Notes: a model not told the origin generated them from the sequence alone. Numbered from the stretch's first letter, positions 24,601 through 40,900 are shown. The stretch: DNA of 64,000 bases from Paragordius varius (GCA_964247055.1 OZ176056.1:5580001-5644000); one strand, 5' to 3'. Made by a program: numbers and translations.

Positions 24601-27600
24601 ATAATTAATTGTACAAAAATAAATAAATATAATATAAAAATTTATACCCTTGGCCAAATCAAAATTATAGGGTAGGATTTCGCTCAGAAAAACACAAAAG
24701 TCCAAAGGAGATGCTATATTCTGTGTTCCATCCTTTCGATTTCCAGGTATTTTCATTTGTCCCGCATTAAATATATTGTCGAATCTGTATTGAGTAGAAG
24801 AAAAAAAATTTATATCAAATCTTATGAAAGAAAAATGAGAAGATTATAATATATCTTAATATTTTCGCACTTAAATATACGACCAGTTAATTCATTGCGG
24901 ACGTAAATGGCTTTAATATTCATAGGGGTATCCGTAGGAGACGATGCCTTATTGGAGTAGGATAAATATATAGCTTGTAGCACACCAAGGTTTGGATGCT
25001 ATAAGGTAATATTAACAAAATATTTATTTGCCATTTAGTTAACCTATTAATTAATCGACGGTACATTACATTTTAGACCATTAAAACAATAGCAGGATGA
25101 CCTGGTTCACAATTTTAATAGTAAATTGTAATGGTTTTGTAAAAAAGCATTTTATATGCCTATTTTAATTCTTTGCTTTGTGTAAAATATTATACCATTT
25201 ACACACCTCAAATTCATGAAGCACTTCAAATTAACCCATGATTTCAAATTCCCCGTTGAACATTCGAAATTCACCCAAAAATATATTAAGTGTTTTTTGA
25301 TCTAACTAGCTCATCATTTATATGAAGTATTTATGGCATTATCATTATTTTCTGGATGTTAATTTTAAACATTTTTTTATATTTAAATAGATGTATTACT
25401 GATTTTAAAAACAATTTTTAGGGTAAATTCTGAATAAGAAATGTGAATTTTAGATAATCAAGGGTGAATTGAAGTGTAAATTGCATACACCGGTTAAATA
25501 TTAAATAAAGAGTACTTTTCTAATTAACCAACAATCAATATCGGCTTTATAACCATTTGCATTACGTTTACTTTAAAAACAGAAAATTAAATGGTTCTTT
25601 TATTGATGTAAATCTCTTATGGCAGAACATGGGCGATGGATTTTCCTGCTTCAAAAAAAAATATTAAAATTAAAACAAAATTTTTGAAAGAATGCCAGAA
25701 CATATCATTTAAAACTGTAATGACTAAGCAGAAAGCAAAGAAAAAGTCATTTGGTTGCCATATTAAAACCTACATTTAAACCTAATTTAATTAAATACAT
25801 TTCAGTTAAATACATTATCAACTAATAACTACGTTTCGGCTGAAACTTAGGTGTAATTGTTAAATTTTATAAGAAACTAGAGACGCATCTGCCTAAAATA
25901 AAATTTAGGTTGAAATATCATTGATTTACGAGAACCTTAAATTCGAATTCCAACGAATTTTCCGAGGGTAAAAGGATTGGTGTCTTCTTTAGATGACCCA
26001 TGAGAGTAAAACTAGGCAATTTAAAGACTGTATAAAATGTGATGGGTTTAATTGGGCAAAACACCATTTTATACGGTATTTCTATCAAAATGATATAATT
26101 ATTATTAATAAAATTTCGTGTAAAATCTAAAACATAAAATTCAATTAATAATTGAATAATGTATGATTTTATCGAATTATAAATTTTTTAAGAATTTAGA
26201 ATTACTAGTTGAAAAACCCATGCATTTAATATTTCCAGCTTCTTATCTTTGATTGTAATATTTTTAATTGAAACTTGCATATATATGATATATTCATTCT
26301 ATTTTAACGAAAACATTAAACAGTATGCATTTTAAAACTGGCTTATTCACACTGGAGTTGGTCAATTGACACACAGAAACAAAATTTTCATCTATAAAGT
26401 GAATTAGCCAGTATTATCCATACTATATTTAAAATGAATAGTAATAATGATACTAAAAAAATCATAGTCTACCCAATTATATAATCTCAATAATCTTACC
26501 TATATTGATGTAAGTGTTTGTAAAACAAAAGTAATCCGCGGTACCCAAAGTTTGAATGTAATGTAAAAATTGTTCACATTCGTCAGCACATCGGATAAAA
26601 GCATAGCGTTTATAATATTTTCTATGCCGAACAAAAAAATGCATAAATTAAATAAATTGTTTTGAATCAATATACAGTATGAGTAAGTATATATTAAAGT
26701 TAAATATTGCCAAATAGTAGTATATTAAACAAAGAAAATTATTGACAAAAAATAATAAAAAGTGAAAAAATAACGCGAAAATTGTCAAAATACATAATGG
26801 TTTTTACAATCTTATGTTTAAAATCTAATAAAATATTTGTGAATCCCATATATTTTTCGAATGCGATCCGTCGGATTTTTCGTTCCAAAAATGCGGCCTA
26901 CGAAGCCGTTTATGTTGAAAACCCACACTAGAGCTAAATTTTAATATTTTTTTCATAGTTTTTTTTTCAGAATCACGTGAAACTTTTATAATTAAAACTT
27001 TTGGTATGATTCATGCAATTTAATAAATAAATTATAGTGCTTATATATTTTAAATTTTTAGTAATAGCATAAAACATTCGTATATAGGTTATGAATAAGG
27101 CAAAAAATATTGATATTTATTTACAGTTTAAAGTTCCTTTTTCCTTTTAAAAGGTAGGACTTAAATTATAACCGGACTCGCCTGCTCAGGGCTGACAGCG
27201 ATGATTGAAAAATTGCGTAGTTTCGGGGTTCGAACTTTGGTACGCAGTGTAAGAGTCCGGTGCCCTACCTGCAGTAGAAAAATATATTAATAAATTTATT
27301 AGAAGCTCGAATTGTCGCACAAAAGCATCATCAGGAGTTGTTTAAAAAATAAGTGGAACCAAATAAATAAATTTAATATGTGACTAATTAATATTTATAT
27401 TGCTATAACTATAATGGATAAAGAAAAGTATCACAAAGGAAATCATTACAATCTAGTGCATGTGGATCAAATTTTATATAACACATATATGTATTTATTG
27501 AGGTACCTAAATAAGGAAAAATATAAATATTTAATATCCATACTTTATAAAGTATTGAGATTAAAAATTCTTGTTTCTTAATAAAAATTTTAGTCTGTGG

Positions 27601-30600
27601 GTGCATGTGCCGCCTTCTATTCGCGCCGTATCAATAAGGATTCTTTGGTTAGTCTGGATTTATTGCTAAGATATCTACCGAGCTAGAAGGTCGTCATTGT
27701 CCAAATAATGTAAGAACATGGCTGAATTTTGATTTTACATGCTCTTTAAACTTCATCTTTATGTCTTTTTTGGATAGCCTGACAATGCAGTTCATGTATA
27801 TTGTATTCGCAGATTCGATATGGGGAAGTAAACTTTTAAACTATTATTTCTTTTTATAATTTTGACAAGGTTGGTAGAAGTTCCGCTGTAGGGTAGGCAT
27901 ACATTACGACTTGGGATTATAATAGTAGACGATTGTGATTAATTTGCAAAACACATGTCAAGGTTCAATTAAACCGTGCCATTAAAAGAACGAATAACAC
28001 TGATATATTTTTGTTTCTTAAGATAGTGTTGTAGCCGATGTGATCCACTCTTTGTGATATCTGAACGGATTTACTTGCATCCCTTATCTGTATTTCTAAT
28101 GTGTTTGGTAGAAGCAGTGTGCGCTTTATGTAGTTGGATACTATGGGTAGTCAATACCAGAGTACAATATTGAAGAAGTGCAGGACCCGATGGATGACTA
28201 AACTAGAAACGATTTGTACAAAACATTAAAACGACCATACATAACCCAACAATAATAAAAAAGACATCAAAACGTTAAAAACGCACAAAGATCATAATGG
28301 CTTTAGATAAATCTGATTGCGAAAAAACGTAAACGAAATATTTATAGATGATCACACCCTCCCTTTCCAAAATGACCTAAATTTTATATTCCTAAACCGT
28401 TATGACGAATCGTTGGTTATAGAACAGTTTCTACCTATATAAAAAGTAGATAATTAATAAACCTGTTCAATCTATTAAGTGCAGTTATGTACATTGTGCT
28501 AAAAATTTGTTTGAACTGCCACAAAAAAATATGTAACTTCGTGTTAACAGAGGAAAAGCTATCGTCAATGTAACATCATACACAAGTATTCAGCTTGACC
28601 AGAAATTTTAGAGGAATTCGCACAGACATAGGCACTATTTTGAAAAGGATACCACATTAATTCATGCATCCTGTTAATCTAGACAATTTTGCACAACAAC
28701 TATTTCACCTTTTAAAATAAATCTTATAAACCAAAAAATGTATCCCTATAGGTAACAGCTCTTTAATCATTGGTGAACTGAGTCTCAGTGCATTGAAAGG
28801 GTTTTGGCAAACGACGAAATAAATTTTATAAAGGATATGGTGTGACATATTAGTAATAGACTCGCAAATTAATTAAAATAAATTATTTGTAGCGCTGAAC
28901 AACGCATAGTATTAAAACTTAAAAAAGAAGAGAAAATCAAAAATTCAATATCATTTTTAACCAATGTCATATCTAAAGTCCGCAAAGCCATATATCCATC
29001 GCCACAAAAGTTCATTAGAGAAAATTATTCAATTTCAGTATTCTATCTTTGGAATAAAATCACCCACTATCCACCTACATAGCCACAGTATCCTGCTACA
29101 TAAAGCGCACACTGCCGCTACCAAACACATTGGAAATGCAGATAAAGCAAACAAGTGAAATAGTGCAGTATCCTCTACACCAGGCAAATCACCAAGAGTG
29201 GAACACATCGGCTGTCAATGCTGTCCTATCAGCGCCGATCGGTTCTGCTAATAACTAGGTGCACACTGCAATACTACTGGACTGTGTTATACAATGACAC
29301 AATCGTCTACTATCATTGCCCCGATTAGTCGTAAAAATGTATGCCTACCCTACAGCGGAACTTCTACCAACCTTGCTTGCCGAAATTCTAAATAAACAAA
29401 ATAGTTTAAAAGTTTACAACAAACCTACAGCAATAGTTCTCTTAATGTTGTGAACTCGCGATATCGAATCAGAATACATTATACAGGTTATGCAATGACA
29501 GTCTAAGAGATGGGACAGTTCAAAAGAGACATAAAGATGTGAAATTTAAAAAGCATGTAAGAATTAGCCATTGTTTGGACATTGGTTACCATTGTTCTAG
29601 CTCGGTAATGTTAGCGATCAAAAAAAGGCAAATCCAGACTAACCAAAGGATCCTTATTCATACAGTGCACAAAAGTATGGCTACCATATAGGCGTGAAGA
29701 GAAGCGGGACATATATCTCAGACTAAAATTATAATTAAAAATTATAGCATTTTTGTTCCCATACCTTTTTATAGTATTAATATTAAATTTTTATATATTA
29801 TTTAGGTATCTTAAATATATGTATATATATATATATATATATACATATACAGTAGCGTTTGGAGTAAAATAATATTAGTCCATAATAGAATAATTTTTTT
29901 TAAAAAAAAAACAAGGGGATATTAGACATGTGTATTTACAACTAGGATTGTTTTTTTTTAAAAAAATTTTTTTATTCTTCTATGGACTAATATTGTTTTA
30001 CTCCATACGCTACTGTATATATATAAGAGTGCTGTGGTGGTCTTAATTACATTTATACCACATGCGCCTATCAGATTGTAACCTTAGTGATAATTTTCTT
30101 TATCTATTTAACCAATTAAAATTATTGATTAAGTCACATAATTTATATCAATGCATTTACATTATTTTAAGTTGTTTTGACTTTTTATTTTAATATTTTT
30201 TTTATTTTCTACATTATTCACGACGTATATATTTTTATACTATCAGATATTGAATCATTAAGAAGAGAAAATATGTAAACGTTTTTTTCTGGCGTAATTT
30301 GAAAAAAAGTTTTTCCAAGCCCATATTTTCGAAATCAACCAAATTAATAGAAGGCTTTTTTTCATGTATTATTAAAAATGAGTTTGATAATTAAGGGATG
30401 GTAAGAAGGTTAGTTAGGCAAATTAAATGTGTAAATGATTAAAAGGTTAAATTTGTAGGGTTTTAATTTAATATCCAATAAAATTTGATTAATGGTGTGA
30501 ATATTTAAAGAAAAATCAAACCTTATATATTTGTCATTTTGATGATTGCTTTTGTCCAATAATTCCTTGATTCCATCATATAATGTTTGACGCTCCAATT

Positions 30601-33600
30601 GCAATTTTATCCAACAACGTAAAAATCCGATGGGAGATTTCGTGATATCTCTAACTATTTTATGCTTCAATATGTTTCTAAAAAATTATTGATATAACAT
30701 TTTTCAAAAAAAGTTATGTAACACAAAAAAGGTTACATTGCTATAAAACTTTAAGCCAGTTACGAATTATGACGATAAAAATAATTTTATAGAATCGATA
30801 AATTCAAAGAATATAGGTAATATAATAAAAATTATTATAGTTTAAAAAACACATCTAATAACACAACATCATTGGCATATAAATAGTTTATAATTCCTAT
30901 TTTTATACTCTAGCCCTTGTTAATCGATTTCGCCTGATATTAGCAAACAATGTATTTACTATCCAAATTTATATATAGGGGCATTTTAAATAAGAATTAT
31001 TTGGTTAAATTATATAATGTAACAAACTCTAAATCATAGAGTAAAGTAGTAGGCATTTGGGATTGTTGAAGTAAAGAAGATTGCAACACATCTCTTACAT
31101 ACAACTCCTTTGGCCAAATTGATTTGCTGATTAAGTTAAAGAAATTTGTTACAAACGGCATTTGTTTTGAAGTCGTCGATAAAGTTTCGGCCTTTTTTAG
31201 TTTTTGTCCTTCATCTTTATGATTCAATTTTACATGTGATGTTTCATTTTCTGGTTTTATCATGTGATGATCATTAATTTTTAAAGAGCCCGTTAGTTTT
31301 AAAAGCTTTGTATTGGTATTATTAATTTGATCCTTCCTTTTTGGAATCTTCAAAGAAAAAGTTGACTTTTGAAACTTGCTCTTTTCAGGATTTTTGTTCA
31401 TGCAATTTTTTTCGCCGTTTATATTATGTTGAGGGTTAAGAGGTGTTGAGGTTAGTAATGTTGGACCATTTGACTCTTTGCATTTTTCATCATTATGCTT
31501 ATACTTGTCATTGGGATGTAAAAAATCAGTGTTTGTCTCTGATTTAAATGAATAGTATGATATTTTAATTAATTAATAAGTGCTTTAACTTTTGTTGGTT
31601 TTACTGGAAATTTACAAAAGTGTCTAAAAGCGTTAATTTATTTACAACCATGTATAAACCTAAATTATGTTTAAAAAAAGTTAACAATTGGACCGCCAGT
31701 AAGAGTATAGCATATTATTTAAATACTTCATAAATTTTTGGCGTAATTTTATATTTTAAGGCCATTTAAAATTTAAATATCTTAAAAAATATTTTTATGA
31801 ATGCGCCAAATAAATCTTCCTCAAACTTTGCGCCCCCCATTTTTATCATTAAATATTTGTGAATCTCGAATACAACAATCAAATAAATGTAAATTATGGT
31901 TAAAAAATTATTCATTTAACTTTAGAGAACTTTCAAATTAGTAATTATCAGCAAATCTTTCAAATATATTGATTATAATATCATGCGTTCGTTTATATTG
32001 TATTTTAAAGCTATAATTTGGGTTTAGATAAAAACTGTAAAAATCAATCTAGAAAACAATATTGAAATAATTGTATTTATACCAAAACAACTTTTAATAT
32101 AATATATGTTTATACTTCAAGCTAGCGGTTAAAAACTATCCAATGTCATCGTAAAAAAATATGAAAAGACCATAAATTAATGTAAAATTGGAAGAAAATT
32201 ATTTTTCATTATTGACAGATAAGTAATAACACTGTGTAAATAAAGAGGTTATATATGATTTTTTTACCGTCTTCATCCAATATAGGTGATAGAGTTGTAT
32301 GCGTATCATTGGAAGTCAGATTTTCAAACTTGAATTTGTAGGATGATTTTTTGGATTCTATAAATTATGAGATTAAAAATTTTTTTACATCCGTCGGGAC
32401 AAAATGACAAAATTCGTAATAAATAAAAAAACTTTTTGACATAACGCTATCGGCATTGGGGTCAGGAATTAGAGAATTTGCGTTGGTAAGCTTATTGGTT
32501 TTAACATCTACCGATGTATTTGATATTTGAGATTGGTTTGATAACCTTGTTGGCGAATAAGGTATATGAAGCAATAAATGGTGTAACAATGCACATGAAC
32601 GGTATAATGAATGATTTTTGCGAGGAGAAGTTTCTTTCGAAATATTTTTGGTTTTTGGTGAAGTTTTGGAATTTGTGGCATTGGCGGGTATCATTGCATG
32701 ATAATAATAATTTGAATTGAATTTATAACCATGACTCCATACTCGACACAATAGGTCACAAAACATGCCTAGATTATTTATAATATATCTCAAATTTCAT
32801 TAAAAAACATTAAATAATAATATAAAAAACATCGAACTATAGTAAATCAAAAAAAAATTATATAACTACCAATTAAAGTATTTTCGGCAACAAAGCCAGG
32901 TAAATCCCTCGTGAATGAGTCTATTAGATCACCCTTTTGTGCTAATTGTGGTATATCTTTATAACTATTATTGATGTTGTATGTTTTTAAATTAAGATCA
33001 CATAATTTATCATTGATTAACATGTCGTTATATTTGTGTTCCTTGCATAATTTTTCTTTTAACATTCGTTTTGTCTAAAATATTTATTATTTACGATATA
33101 AAACCATGTATTGTTCGGATTTATAATGATTAAAAAATACATTTATATTAAGACTAAGTATGCATTGCTAGAAAGTTTTTAAGTTTTGCCAAATAGTAAA
33201 AAAATCAAGAATGGCATATAGTTTTTTTTTCACTTTATATTTTATTCACCAATAATACTGCCCTTAATTGTGTATATTAATAACTTTCTATCAATGCACA
33301 CTTACTCATACTGTAAAATCTAATACTAGGTTAGTAGGGAAACCATTGTTTCGCTAAAAAATACTTAAATAAATTATAATTTTGAACAAAAATATTGTCT
33401 TGATAAATAACTGTATATTAAATGACAATTGAGAATACCATACACATTGGAATCAAAAAAATCTAACTAGGTCCAGTTTTAAAAAAGATGGTTATACCCC
33501 CATTATTGATAACTTATTAACAAAATTATTGGCCTTGATAGGTATTTTAATATTTTAATATATGTTGACAAATGGATATTTAGTTTTAACCTGTTTAAAA

Positions 33601-34866
33601 ACTTAATTTATCGAACAAATATGATAAAACATAACGTGTGCGTATACTCTAATTTTAGTTTCATGCAACAAAGCACCGACAAATTTCCAATGGGCATTTG
33701 ATATTTGGGTTGGTGATAATGCAGGAATGTGTTCCACATTATCGACTTTTTGAGAATTTGTGGGTTTTTGAATTTTATTAGTGACCACATTTATTGTATT
33801 GATTTGACATTCTTTGATCTATATCATCACATAAATTTGTTTTATTGATCAAAAGTGAATAATAAAATTATTTTACCTGATCTGCTTGATGACTGATAGA
33901 ATTCCTTTATAAAATACATATTTTATAAAAAAAATAATTAACAGATATATGTAAAACGGTATACCCAATTAGCAACTCATTGATCAATATAAAATCTATT
34001 GGTATGTTTGTCTCAGATAATTGATATTGTTGATTTTTTATGGAGCTCTTTACCGAGTGAATAAAATCTACAAAAAATATATTAAATTTTAGTAATCGCT
34101 TCAAAAATGCAAAACAGCAAATAAGATTAAAACACAATTGCTATCTTGGTTATTTGAAGAAAAGTTTAATGCATCTTTTGACAGATTAAAAATGAAAAAG
34201 ATCAATTTGATACCATATATTTCAAAAATAATAAAGAATGCGTATTCATAACACAATCTTTAAAAGCGTATAAAACTTACGACAGAAAATCAATAATTTT
34301 CTAATATTTAATTATTATGGGGCGTTTTAATTAAATTTGAATCAAACCGAGAATTACATACCTTTTTCACATATATTAATTGTGATGACATTCTTGAATG
34401 CTTCAGCGGATGCATTAATTTTATCATTATTAAATATTGAAACATCCATTTTTTCTACTGTAAACAAACAATATCAAGATTAATAAATTATATTACATCC
34501 AGACAAAATAAAAAAAATTGAATGTAATTACAAAAGTTGGAAAGGTATCGCCTTAATACAACGGGTTCCAATAATTGTTGATTTGAAAGCAACATATGTA
34601 GGGATGAGAATTTCTATGCATAGAAAATGAAAATAAAAATTTTCGATTGTATTTTGTTGATATAACCAAAAATTACTGTAACATAAAAATGGTAAATATT
34701 TTACGGAAAAGTCTATATTTTCCATAATATGGTGAGATATAAGAGATTGATTAATTGCCGGCGAATGAAATGGTGAATTTGTTTCTTGATGACATAACTT
34801 CATCATTTTCATAAAAAAGGATAAATAGTTTTCACTATTGCCATCTTGTTGATCTAAATTATTAAA

Positions 34867-34946
<80 letters not shown>

Positions 34947-37900
34947 TTTTGACGATTTAATCGGTCGTACCAAAAATGATTTCATTGGTAATTCAATTGG
35001 TGTAAATGCATGTTGCCGAATCAGTGTCAAACAAATAGAGGTTACCATACTTAGTTATCATATACATATCCCATATTTATTGCTAAGCATAGCAAATGGG
35101 AAGTAGTCAATTCGGGAGGATCCGGGGAAGGATTGGTATCATCATAATTGATATTTTTATCAATAACAGGACCATGAGAGGGGTGGTTATGATATTATCA
35201 TTAGTATTATTCTGTTGTTCCGATCACAACTCTTCTGTTCAGATAGTTTAAATTCACCTGGACCTTCTTTTCGCGCTCTTAATTAATCAGTATGTTTTCC
35301 TAAAACCTTACCTCTATCTTCGATATTGTATGACAATAATCCAGTCCGCTTTACTACTTTTTCCTCTCGCCAGGCTTCTGACACATTCTTTATAAATACT
35401 TTCTCACCTGAAACGAACTCAAGCATACTATCTGAGGTACCATCAATATAATCCGTTGGTTTTCCTTTCATCCACGACAGCGGTGTCGGTAAATTTCGCT
35501 TTTAAAATAGTCGTGCAGGTGTCTCATTTATACCAGTGTGATATGATCTGAGCCTAGAATACCTGGTTTAACCGGCGTTCTGGATCTGCTACTTCAGAAT
35601 TACACATATAATAGTGCGTTTTCAAGGTTTGAATAACCCTTTCGATTAAACCATTTTGAAGGTGGTACGGTAGAGGAACTTAATATTCTTTCAATATTAC
35701 CGGACTTAAAATACAACGCATTATCAGTTGCAATCATCTCTGGGGTTCCATATCGTTCAAACCAACTTTCATAATAGTGAGGGTGTTTACTGTTTTAAGC
35801 TGTGCCACTTCCACCCATCGGGTACAGTGATTTATAATGACCCAAAGTAGGGGTTATATATACTGCCCCTATATATCGAGATGCAACCATTCCCAAATGG
35901 TGGTGTTCGGGTTCCATTTATAAGTCGGGATTACTGCAATGTTGAACCGTGACTTTTGACAACTTGAACATTTTACCCATTTTTCGATATCCTGGTTCAA
36001 TTTGGACCAAAACACACCAGTCTTATCTATTGCTTTCATGGAGTGGATACGGGAGACCTTTATGAAGATAAGTAAGAATATCGACCCTCATGCTTTAAGG
36101 AACCATAAGACGGTCACCTAAATATAGAGGGTTGTCTTATTGTTCGATATTATATTTCATTGGTTTTGAGAGATTAAATGGTCTGTTCTGATGTCGATTT
36201 TCTACCATATAAAAATGTTTTAAATTTCTTTAGGGACAATAAAATGGCTTTTGCCTCTTTTTCTATAACCGAAGAATTTTTTTCAGCTGGGGAACATTTT
36301 TTTGAAAAATATGCAATGGGTCGTTTACTTTCCGACGTCTTGTGCGATAGGATGGCTCACGAACCCCTCACCAGATGCACCTGTTTCTAATATAAGGTAG
36401 AGCTTTGGGTTAAAAGGAAAGAGACGGGTATTATTCCTATTAAGAACTTAGCCCTTTCAAAAATATTTTGATTTACATATATCCAACACCATTTGTTTAA
36501 GGAACGAGCTAGCTGAGGAGGTACGGTGACAATATGAAGTATAACGTGAGTGAAAGTTTAAAAGGCCCAAAAACAATCGGAGACTTGTTTTATCTTTAGG
36601 GCTGGACACTTGCGAATGGCCTTATTATTAATGCCCGGAGGTTTTATACTTTTTTTCTGATATAGTAAGCCCCAAATATATAACTTCCTGTTGAAAAAGA
36701 ATTTAAAACCCATTCGTTCTATTCCTTCAAATACTTGTGTTAGGTTTCTATCATAGTTCTCATTATTCCCGTAACAATTCGCTGTTCCCTTACAATCCCC
36801 TAATAACTTATCCATGATCTGTTGGAAAATTTTAGGCGCACACGACAGAAGGGAGCCTAGTCTGTTTAATTAAGATTCCGGGTGCACTGTAATTTGAAGA
36901 TAAACATCTTCTAAATCTAATGTTGAAAACGTCCCATGTAAAATTTTAAAAAATCATCAAATGTTGATATTATATATTGAATTGATGTATTTGTTTATTG
37001 ACACTTTAAAATCTGCGCACATTCTTAACTCATTATTCGACTTTAATACGTCTACTAACTGGACCAACAAATTTTAGACTGCTTAGGGTCTACTGGTTCA
37101 ATAATTTTTAAGGATAGTATCCTTTTCTCTCACTTAATTTTTTTGTAAGGCTAAGAGAACCTTTCTAACCGGAAATTCCCGGCCCCTACTATTGTTTTCC
37201 AAAAATATCTTTATTAGTTCCCCTTTCCAACAACCCAATTTGTATTCAAAAAAAGACTTAAATTTTTTTGTATATATCGGTTGTGTGATATAATATATTA
37301 ATATATAATTCATTAGGCAATGGGATATTGAATAGCTGGATCCCATCCATGCCAAATATTAGAGGATGTTTTTTTGTAATAAAGCACTTTGTTATCTTTG
37401 TTACTTTATAATTCAAGAGTTACAGTTGTTTCTTCTATTACGTGTAAAGGATTATTATCATATGTGGGGTTTTAAAATTAATGGGTTTTATTTTAGGCTT
37501 CCCCATACGTGCTAAAACTTATTAACGATATGTCGGCTTTTGGGTCGAATAATATTTCGACGTGGGTCGAGTTTATTTTTACATTTATTTAATTTTACTA
37601 TGTTATTCACATGCCTGTTATTGCTGGCATATGTGTTCTGGCATTGGATGCCACAATGATTTCTGCCGTGACCTTTGAAGCATTCCTTCTCAAAAGCTGG
37701 ACAGCATCCGTATTTGTGGATGCGACCGCTTTTGAACACGGTTTTACAATAGATTTGCGTTTAACCAGATATTTCGATATCTAATATTACCATCATTATA
37801 GCTTTCATATTATGACCATTATTATTACTTTCTATACTATCATTATTATATATCGCTCTCACTGAGTTCGCTTAGGCGAGAATTTGCTTATGCTAAAGCC

Positions 37901-40900
37901 AAATTTAGAACCTTATTTAACCCCACTGGTGTATCATTGTCTAATGCCCTCGGGTAACTGCTAAGTAATTCTTCCTCTAGTTGTTTTTCCATCAAACCAC
38001 ATATGAATATTTCCCGTATTAGCTCGTCGATGTAACCTTTGAATTGGCATGCGGCAGCTAAATTCTTGAGTTCTATTTGGCTTTAGCATAAAAAAATTTC
38101 GACTGGAAGCGAACTCAGTGAGAGCGATATATAATAAAGATAATATAGAAAGTAATAAAATGGTAATAATAATCAAAGCTATAATGATGGTAATATTAAT
38201 ATGACAGATAATAATGAAACATCTGGTAAATCGCAAATCTAGCGTAAAACCGTGTTTCAAAAGCGGTTGCATCTACGGATGCTGCCCAGGTTTTGGCAAG
38301 GAATGCTCCAAATGTCACGGCAAAAATCATTTTGGCAGCCAATGCCAGAATAAATAGCCAGCAATAACTGCTATTTGAATAATAGAGTAAAAATACCTAA
38401 AATAAATGTAAAAACAAACTAGACCCATATCGAAATGTTATTCGACACGAAGGCCAACATATCGTTAATAAGTTTTAGCACATTTAAGATAGGAAAACCT
38501 AAAATAAAACCCATTAAAGACAAACATATATGATAATAATCCTTTACACGTAATAGAAGAGACACTTGAATTATAAAGTACAAAGATAACTAAGTTCTTT
38601 ATTACAAAAAGACATAATCCTCTAATATTTGGCATGGATGGGATCCATCTATTCAATATCCATTGCCTAATAAATTATATATTAATTAATTATATCACAC
38701 AACCGATATTTACAAAAAATTTAAGCCAATATTTGAATACAAATTGGGTTGTTGGAAAGGGGAACCGATAAAGATATTTTTAGAAAACAATAGGAGGGGC
38801 CGGGAATTTCCGGCTAGAAAGGTTCTCTTAGCCTTACAAAAAAATTAAGTGAAAAGAAATAGATAGTATCCTTAAAAATTATTGAACCTGTAGACCCTAA
38901 GCAGTCTAAAATTTGTTGGTCCAGTTAGTAAACATATTAAAGTCGAATAATGAGTTAAGAATGTGCGGAGATTTTAAAGTGTCAATATATATATAAACAA
39001 TTCAATATATAATACCCACATTTGATGATTTGATTTCCAAAATTTCACATGGTAAGACGTTTTCAACTAGATTTAAAAGGTGCTTATCTTCGAATTCCAG
39101 TGCACCAATCTCAAAATCTTCTTACAATAAATACACCTCTTGGTTTTTTTAAATATACTAGGCTCCCTTCTGTCGTGTGCACCTAGTATTTTACAACAGA
39201 TCATGGATGAGCTATTAGAAGATTGTAAGGGAACAGCGGTCTACTTAGATGATGTAATTGTTACGGGGGACGGACGAGAAGCATTAGAGAAACCTAACAC
39301 AAGTATTTGAAAGAATAGAACGAATGGCTCTTAAATTCTTTTTCAATAGGAAGTAAAATATCTGGGGTTTACTATATCAGAAAAAATATAAAACCAACGA
39401 GCATTAAGATTAAGGCCATGTGCCCAGCCCCTAAAGATAAAACAAGCTTCCGATCGTTTTTGGGCCTTTTTAACTTTGATTCACGATTTACACCTTCGCT
39501 AAATACAATTGTCAACGAACTTCATCAGCTAGAGCTGGTTCCCAAAAGAAATGGTGTTGGACAGATGTACATCAAAATATTTAGGGCTAAGTTCTTAATA
39601 GGGAATAACACCCGTCTCTTTCCTTTTAACCCAAGGCTCTACCTTATATTAGAAACAAATACATCTGAGAAAGGGTTCGAACCATCCTGTCGCACAAGAC
39701 GTTGGAAGGTAAAGGACCCATTGCATATTTTTCAAAAAAATGTTACCCTGCTGAAAAAAATTATTCGGTTATAGAAAAAAGGCAAAAGCCATTGTATTGG
39801 TCCTAGAGAAATTCAAATGTATGGTAGAAAATTCGATATCAGAACAGACCATAAACGTATTATCAAATTATTCGGGCATCAACGTATATTAAGCGAGCTA
39901 AACAATAGTAATTTACTAAGATGGACTTTAAAAACATCCATTTTCGACTTCAACATAATGTACTACCCGGGAACCGAAAAAGCAGGCTCACTATCAAGAC
40001 TACCAACTGAGATAACTGAAGGTTGTGACGAGGATATAGCGCAGGAGGTCCGGTTGCTATGGTGTCAGGAGTTAAATTAAAACACGGACAGGGTGCTTAA
40101 GCAAACTATGAGCGATGAAGTGTGTAAGCAGATTAAAGCAGCCCGAAAGACCAATGTGGGGTACAGTCCTATAAACTACTAAGAAATTATATCGAACAAT
40201 AAGACAGCCTTTTTATATCTAGGTGATTGTCTTATTGTTTCTTAAAGCATGAGGGTCGATATTCTTACTCATCTTTAAAAAGGTCACCCTGGTATCCAGT
40301 CCATGAAAGCGTTAGGTAAGACTGGTGTGTTTTGGCCCAAATTGAACCAGATAAAATGGGTGCAAAGATGTTCAAATTGTCAAAAATCACCGTTCAAAAT
40401 TGCATTAATCCCGACTTATAAATGGAAGCCGAACACCACCGTTTGGGAGCGGTTGCATCTCGATATAGCGGGGCCGTATATAACCTCTACTGGGTCATAC
40501 TTATAAATAGCTGTACCCGTTGGGTTGAAGTGGCACAGCTTAAACCAGTAAACTCATTCAGTATTTTGAAAATTTTAGAAAGGTTTGCACGATATGGAAC
40601 CCCAAAGATGATTGTAACTGATAATGCGTCGTATTTTAAGTCCGGTGATTTTGAAAAAATATTATGCTCTAATATCAAGCATGTAACTTATGCGCCATAC
40701 CAGGCTCAGGAAAATGATTTAGTGGAACCTTGAAAACGCACTATTATATCTGCAATTCTGAAGTAGCAGATCCAGAACGCCGGTTAAACCAGGTACCGTG
40801 GGCTACATGTCTGCGCATCACAATAGTATAAATGCATTTGCTTACCTATTTCTCAAAGAAATTTACCGACACCGCTGTCCTGGATGAAAGGAAAACCAAA

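Noticed and set aside
27255-27500. ORF 27409-27606 and a SINE-supplied donor (GCAG|GTAGGG) as DENND5 exons
   Set aside because: Exon 30677-30522 joins in phase directly to 26621-26500, which carries the true KRYAF...DYFCFTN motif. The lookalike frames have stops or lack acceptors.
25830-28210. Hammerhead ribozyme or Penelope motifs (CTGATGA at about 27330; CGAAACG at about 25845; 28190)
   Set aside because: No site has CUGANGA, a paired stem II and GAAA together.
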